64,000 nt of DNA, from positions 13,180 to 77,179 of the forward strand of contig CABXSA010000001.1 in the NCBI GenBank assembly GCA_902514765.1, in the 5' to 3' direction. This DNA comes from an uncultured SAR86 cluster bacterium (lineage in GTDB: Bacteria > Pseudomonadota > Gammaproteobacteria > Magnimaribacterales > AG-339-G14). The position numbers and the translations under genes were made by a program. This document shows positions 60,633 through 64,000 of the stretch, piece after piece (positions within the stretch are counted from its first letter, which is position 1; each line of letters starts with the position of its first letter). The notes under the pieces were generated by a model that did not search any database, was not told where the DNA came from, and worked only from the letters and a program-made list of their open reading frames with translations.

Positions 60633-61542
60633 AAAAAAGAAAAGAGGGCTTTCGGCTTTTTTATCGCCCGAGCAAGAAAAGAAAAAAAACAGAGGTATGG
60701 GCGCCTTTGTTAATTCTGAAGAGCCACTACTCACCAAAAAAACAGAGCCAACAAATAACCCCAATTTTGGGGTTACTCAAGCTGAAATAAGCAGCATTAA
60801 ACCAAGCAGGTTCCAAGCAAGAAAAAACATCTCTCTAGAAAACATTAAAGAACTATCCGACTCAATAAAGACACAAGGCGTAATCCAGCCTCTAATTGTC
60901 AGAAAGCTTGCTAAGGGATATGAGTTAGTTGCCGGAGAAAGAAGGCTTAGAGCGTCAAAACTTGCCGGCCTGAATACCGTTCCTGTTTTGGTAAGAGAAG
61001 ACTCCGAAGAATCAGCTTTGACTGTGGGCTTGATAGAGAACTTGCAAAGAGAGGACCTGAACCCGCTTGAAGAGGCGGAAGGAATTTTGAGACTACAAAG
61101 AGAATTTGGACTTACCCAACAAGCCATGGGAGAGGCATTGGGAAAATCAAGATCGGCTATTGCAAACTCTTTGAGGCTTTTGCAGCTCTCAAAAACAATT
61201 CAAAAAATGCTTTTTGATGGTCGAATAACCATGGGACATGCTAGAGCCTTGTTGCCCTTACCCCCGGCTTATCAAGAGCAAATAGGAAAAAAAATAATCT
61301 CTTCTGGTCTTTCTGTCAGGCAAGCCGAAAAACTAGTAAGCTCTTACTTAAACAAAAAAACTGGCCGAGCAAGAAGCTCTTCGAAAGACCCGAATATTGT
61401 GGCGCTAGAGAACTCTCTTAGCGACGCGGTTAATTCGCAAGTAATAATTTCTCATAAAAAGAATGGTAGCGGGAAAATCTCTTTTTCTTACAAAGATCTC
61501 GACCAGCTTGAGCAAATCATCAAGCCTTTTAAAAAAGAATAA
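60622..61542 (+). CDS. parB: chromosome partitioning protein ParB (Spo0J)
   Basis: ParB box GERRLRAS and HTH region QQAMGEALGKSRSAIANSLRLL. Confidence 0.9.
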   Translation: MSPEKKKRGLSAFLSPEQEKKKNRGMGAFVNSEEPLLTKKTEPTNNPNFGVTQAEISSIKPSRFQARKNISLENIKELSDSIKTQGVIQPLIVRKLAKGYELVAGERRLRASKLAGLNTVPVLVREDSEESALTVGLIENLQREDLNPLEEAEGILRLQREFGLTQQAMGEALGKSRSAIANSLRLLQLSKTIQKMLFDGRITMGHARALLPLPPAYQEQIGKKIISSGLSVRQAEKLVSSYLNKKTGRARSSSKDPNIVALENSLSDAVNSQVIISHKKNGSGKISFSYKDLDQLEQIIKPFKKE

Positions 61543-61566
61543 TGGCAAATAAATTGCATCTAAGCC

Positions 61567-62495
<929 letters not shown>

Positions 62496-62516
62496 CTCAA
62501 AAATTAGGAGACTAAT

Positions 62517-62744
62517 ATGGAAGTAGAAGTAGGTAGATTAATAGCAGGAGCACTGCTTACTGGTCTTGGCGCTTTAGGGGCCGGGGTAGGTATTGGAAGT
62601 CTAACTTCAAAATATATTGAAGCCGTGGCAAGACAGCCCGAGCTTCAAGGTCAATTGTTTGCACAGGTGCTTATTGCTCTTGGGCTAACGGATGCATTGC
62701 CAATTATTTCTTTGGCTGTAGGACTACTATTCTTGTTCACTTAA
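62517..62744 (+). CDS. atpE: F0F1 ATP synthase subunit c
   Basis: GxGxGxG helix, ARQPE loop, and carboxylate in LTDALPI. Confidence 0.95.
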   Translation: MEVEVGRLIAGALLTGLGALGAGVGIGSLTSKYIEAVARQPELQGQLFAQVLIALGLTDALPIISLAVGLLFLFT

Positions 62745-62748
62745 AAAC

Positions 62749-63219
62749 ATGAATATAAACGCAACTTTTTTTGCCGAGCTTCTAGCTTTTTGTATTTTTG
62801 TGTTCATTACATATAGATACATTTGGCCTAGCATGGAAAACCTTCTCGAGGATAGAAGAAAAGAAATATCTGATGGCCTTGAGGCTGCCAGTCAATCACA
62901 AAGAAAACTCGAAGAAGCAAATAAAGAGTCCGCAACGATATTAGATGGAGCCAAATCAGAAGCTTCTTCCCTTATCAACCAAGCAAACTCCAGAGCAGAT
63001 CAAATTGTAGATGAGGCAAAAGAACAGGCTGTGGAAGAAGCAAAGAAAATTAAGCTCTCAGCAGAAGCAGATATTGAGCAAAGTGCTAACAAAGCCAAAG
63101 ACGGTTTAAGGGATGAAGTCGCTGCCCTCGTTATTGCTGGCGCCCAAAAAATCTTAGACAAAGAGATAAATGCCAAAGCTAACAAAGACATCATCGACTC
63201 GCTGATCAAAAAGATTTAA
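62749..63219 (+). CDS. atpF: F0F1 ATP synthase subunit b
   Basis: MNINATFFAELLAFCIFV TM helix plus a long charged helix. Confidence 0.9.
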   Translation: MNINATFFAELLAFCIFVFITYRYIWPSMENLLEDRRKEISDGLEAASQSQRKLEEANKESATILDGAKSEASSLINQANSRADQIVDEAKEQAVEEAKKIKLSAEADIEQSANKAKDGLRDEVAALVIAGAQKILDKEINAKANKDIIDSLIKKI

Positions 63220-63755
63220 TGTCAGAAATCAAAACACAATCTAGACCGTATGCCGAAGCAGCCTTTGAAGTTGCCATAGCTGATGACGCTCTAGATGCCT
63301 GGACAGCAGATTTTTCATTGATAGAGCTTGCTCTTGAAGATCAAAAGATATCTCAACTAGTTGAGACTCCAAGCATTTCACAAAGCGAAAAAACAAATAT
63401 TTTTTGTGGTTTATTTAGAGGCGAAGTTCAAGATAAATTTGTAAATTTTCTATCTGTCGCAGGAAGCGCAAACAGATTGAGGCTTTTGACTGACATCAGC
63501 AAAAACTTTAAGGAACTAGTCGCAGAGGAAAAAAACCTAAAGAACATAACCGTTGCTTCTTCTTACAGAATTGATAAAGAACAATTGAAGCAAATCGAAG
63601 CAGCTCTGAAGAAAAGAATGAAAGCCGAAGTAAGCATTGTTACTGAAATAGACAAAAGCCTTATTGGCGGACTAAAAATTTCTTACGACGACCAAGTAAT
63701 TGATTTGTCGATAAAAAACAAACTAGAAAAGCTGAAAACTCAGCTTAGAACATAA
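63219..63755 (+). CDS. atpH: F0F1 ATP synthase subunit delta
   Basis: [12 protein letters not shown]-terminus and LIGG motif near the C-terminus. Operon position. Confidence 0.9.
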   Translation: MSEIKTQSRPYAEAAFEVAIADDALDAWTADFSLIELALEDQKISQLVETPSISQSEKTNIFCGLFRGEVQDKFVNFLSVAGSANRLRLLTDISKNFKELVAEEKNLKNITVASSYRIDKEQLKQIEAALKKRMKAEVSIVTEIDKSLIGGLKISYDDQVIDLSIKNKLEKLKTQLRT

Positions 63756-63765
63756 GAGGTTACAA

Positions 63766-64000
63766 ATGGAAGATTTAAACCCATCAGAAATTAGCAAGAT
63801 CATTAAAGATCGAATAAACAAACTAGATGTCTCAGCCGAGGAATCTAATGAAGGTACGATTGTATTTCTTGCTGACGGTATTGCTAGAGTTCATGGGCTC
63901 AGTGAAGCAATGTATGGAGAATTAATTGAGTTTCATAGCGGCGTTTTTGGAATGGCTCTTAACTTAGAGCGTGATTCTGTGGGGGTGGTAATTTTTGGAG
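63766..64000 (+). CDS. atpA: F0F1 ATP synthase subunit alpha, 5' part only (runs off the window)
   Basis: [17 protein letters not shown]...[17 protein letters not shown]...[23 protein letters not shown] at 63754. Confidence 0.9.
   Translation, partial: MEDLNPSEISKIIKDRINKLDVSAEESNEGTIVFLADGIARVHGLSEAMYGELIEFHSGVFGMALNLERDSVGVVIFG

Overview
AT-rich, very tightly packed bacterial chromosome segment with many 1-11 nt gene overlaps, frequent TTG/GTG starts and almost no hairpin terminators. The content and gene order look gammaproteobacterial.

Right half (about 38.6-64 kb): the classical replication-origin neighbourhood. It runs aroE-tsaC-purE | def-fmt-trkA-trkH-glyRS-gmhB-plsC | gyrB-recF-dnaN-dnaA (minus strand) | rpmH-rnpA-yidD-yidC-mnmE-mnmG-rsmG-parA-parB-atpB-E-F-H-A(partial) (plus strand). 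From memory this is essentially the order around oriC in Pseudomonas. Gene orientation diverges at the dnaA/rpmH spacer, which carries three DnaA boxes. A near-consensus parS lies inside recF.

Middle (30.4-38.6 kb): a complete aa3-type cytochrome c oxidase structural and assembly cluster (coxB-coxA-ctaG-coxC, then surf1, a SCO-like protein, ctaA, cyoE and sco1). A small opposite-strand 2-TM gene is embedded in it.

Left 30 kb: metabolic and accessory genes. These include several esterases/lipases, an SDR plus a saccharopine-dehydrogenase-like pair, glk, amtB and a GH clan-A hydrolase. There is also a DUF4212-SSS symporter-M19 dipeptidase unit, pckA, gshA and qor.

I saw no rRNA/tRNA, CRISPR, transposase/integrase, phage or recognisable defence genes, so most of the window is ordinary core genome.

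The items most worth a second look:
1. A five-ORF module built around a copper amine oxidase and an alkylsulfatase-fold protein that lacks the canonical Zn ligands.
2. Three secreted proteins, each made of two internally duplicated ~100-aa halves.
3. A tandem pair of unknown 3-TM paralogs behind a Fur-box-like palindrome next to the copper-chaperone end of the cox cluster.
4. An alpha2-type GlyRS sitting where gammaproteobacteria usually have glyQ/glyS.
5. Two competing oriC candidates.

All family calls come from motifs read by eye. No database search was run.
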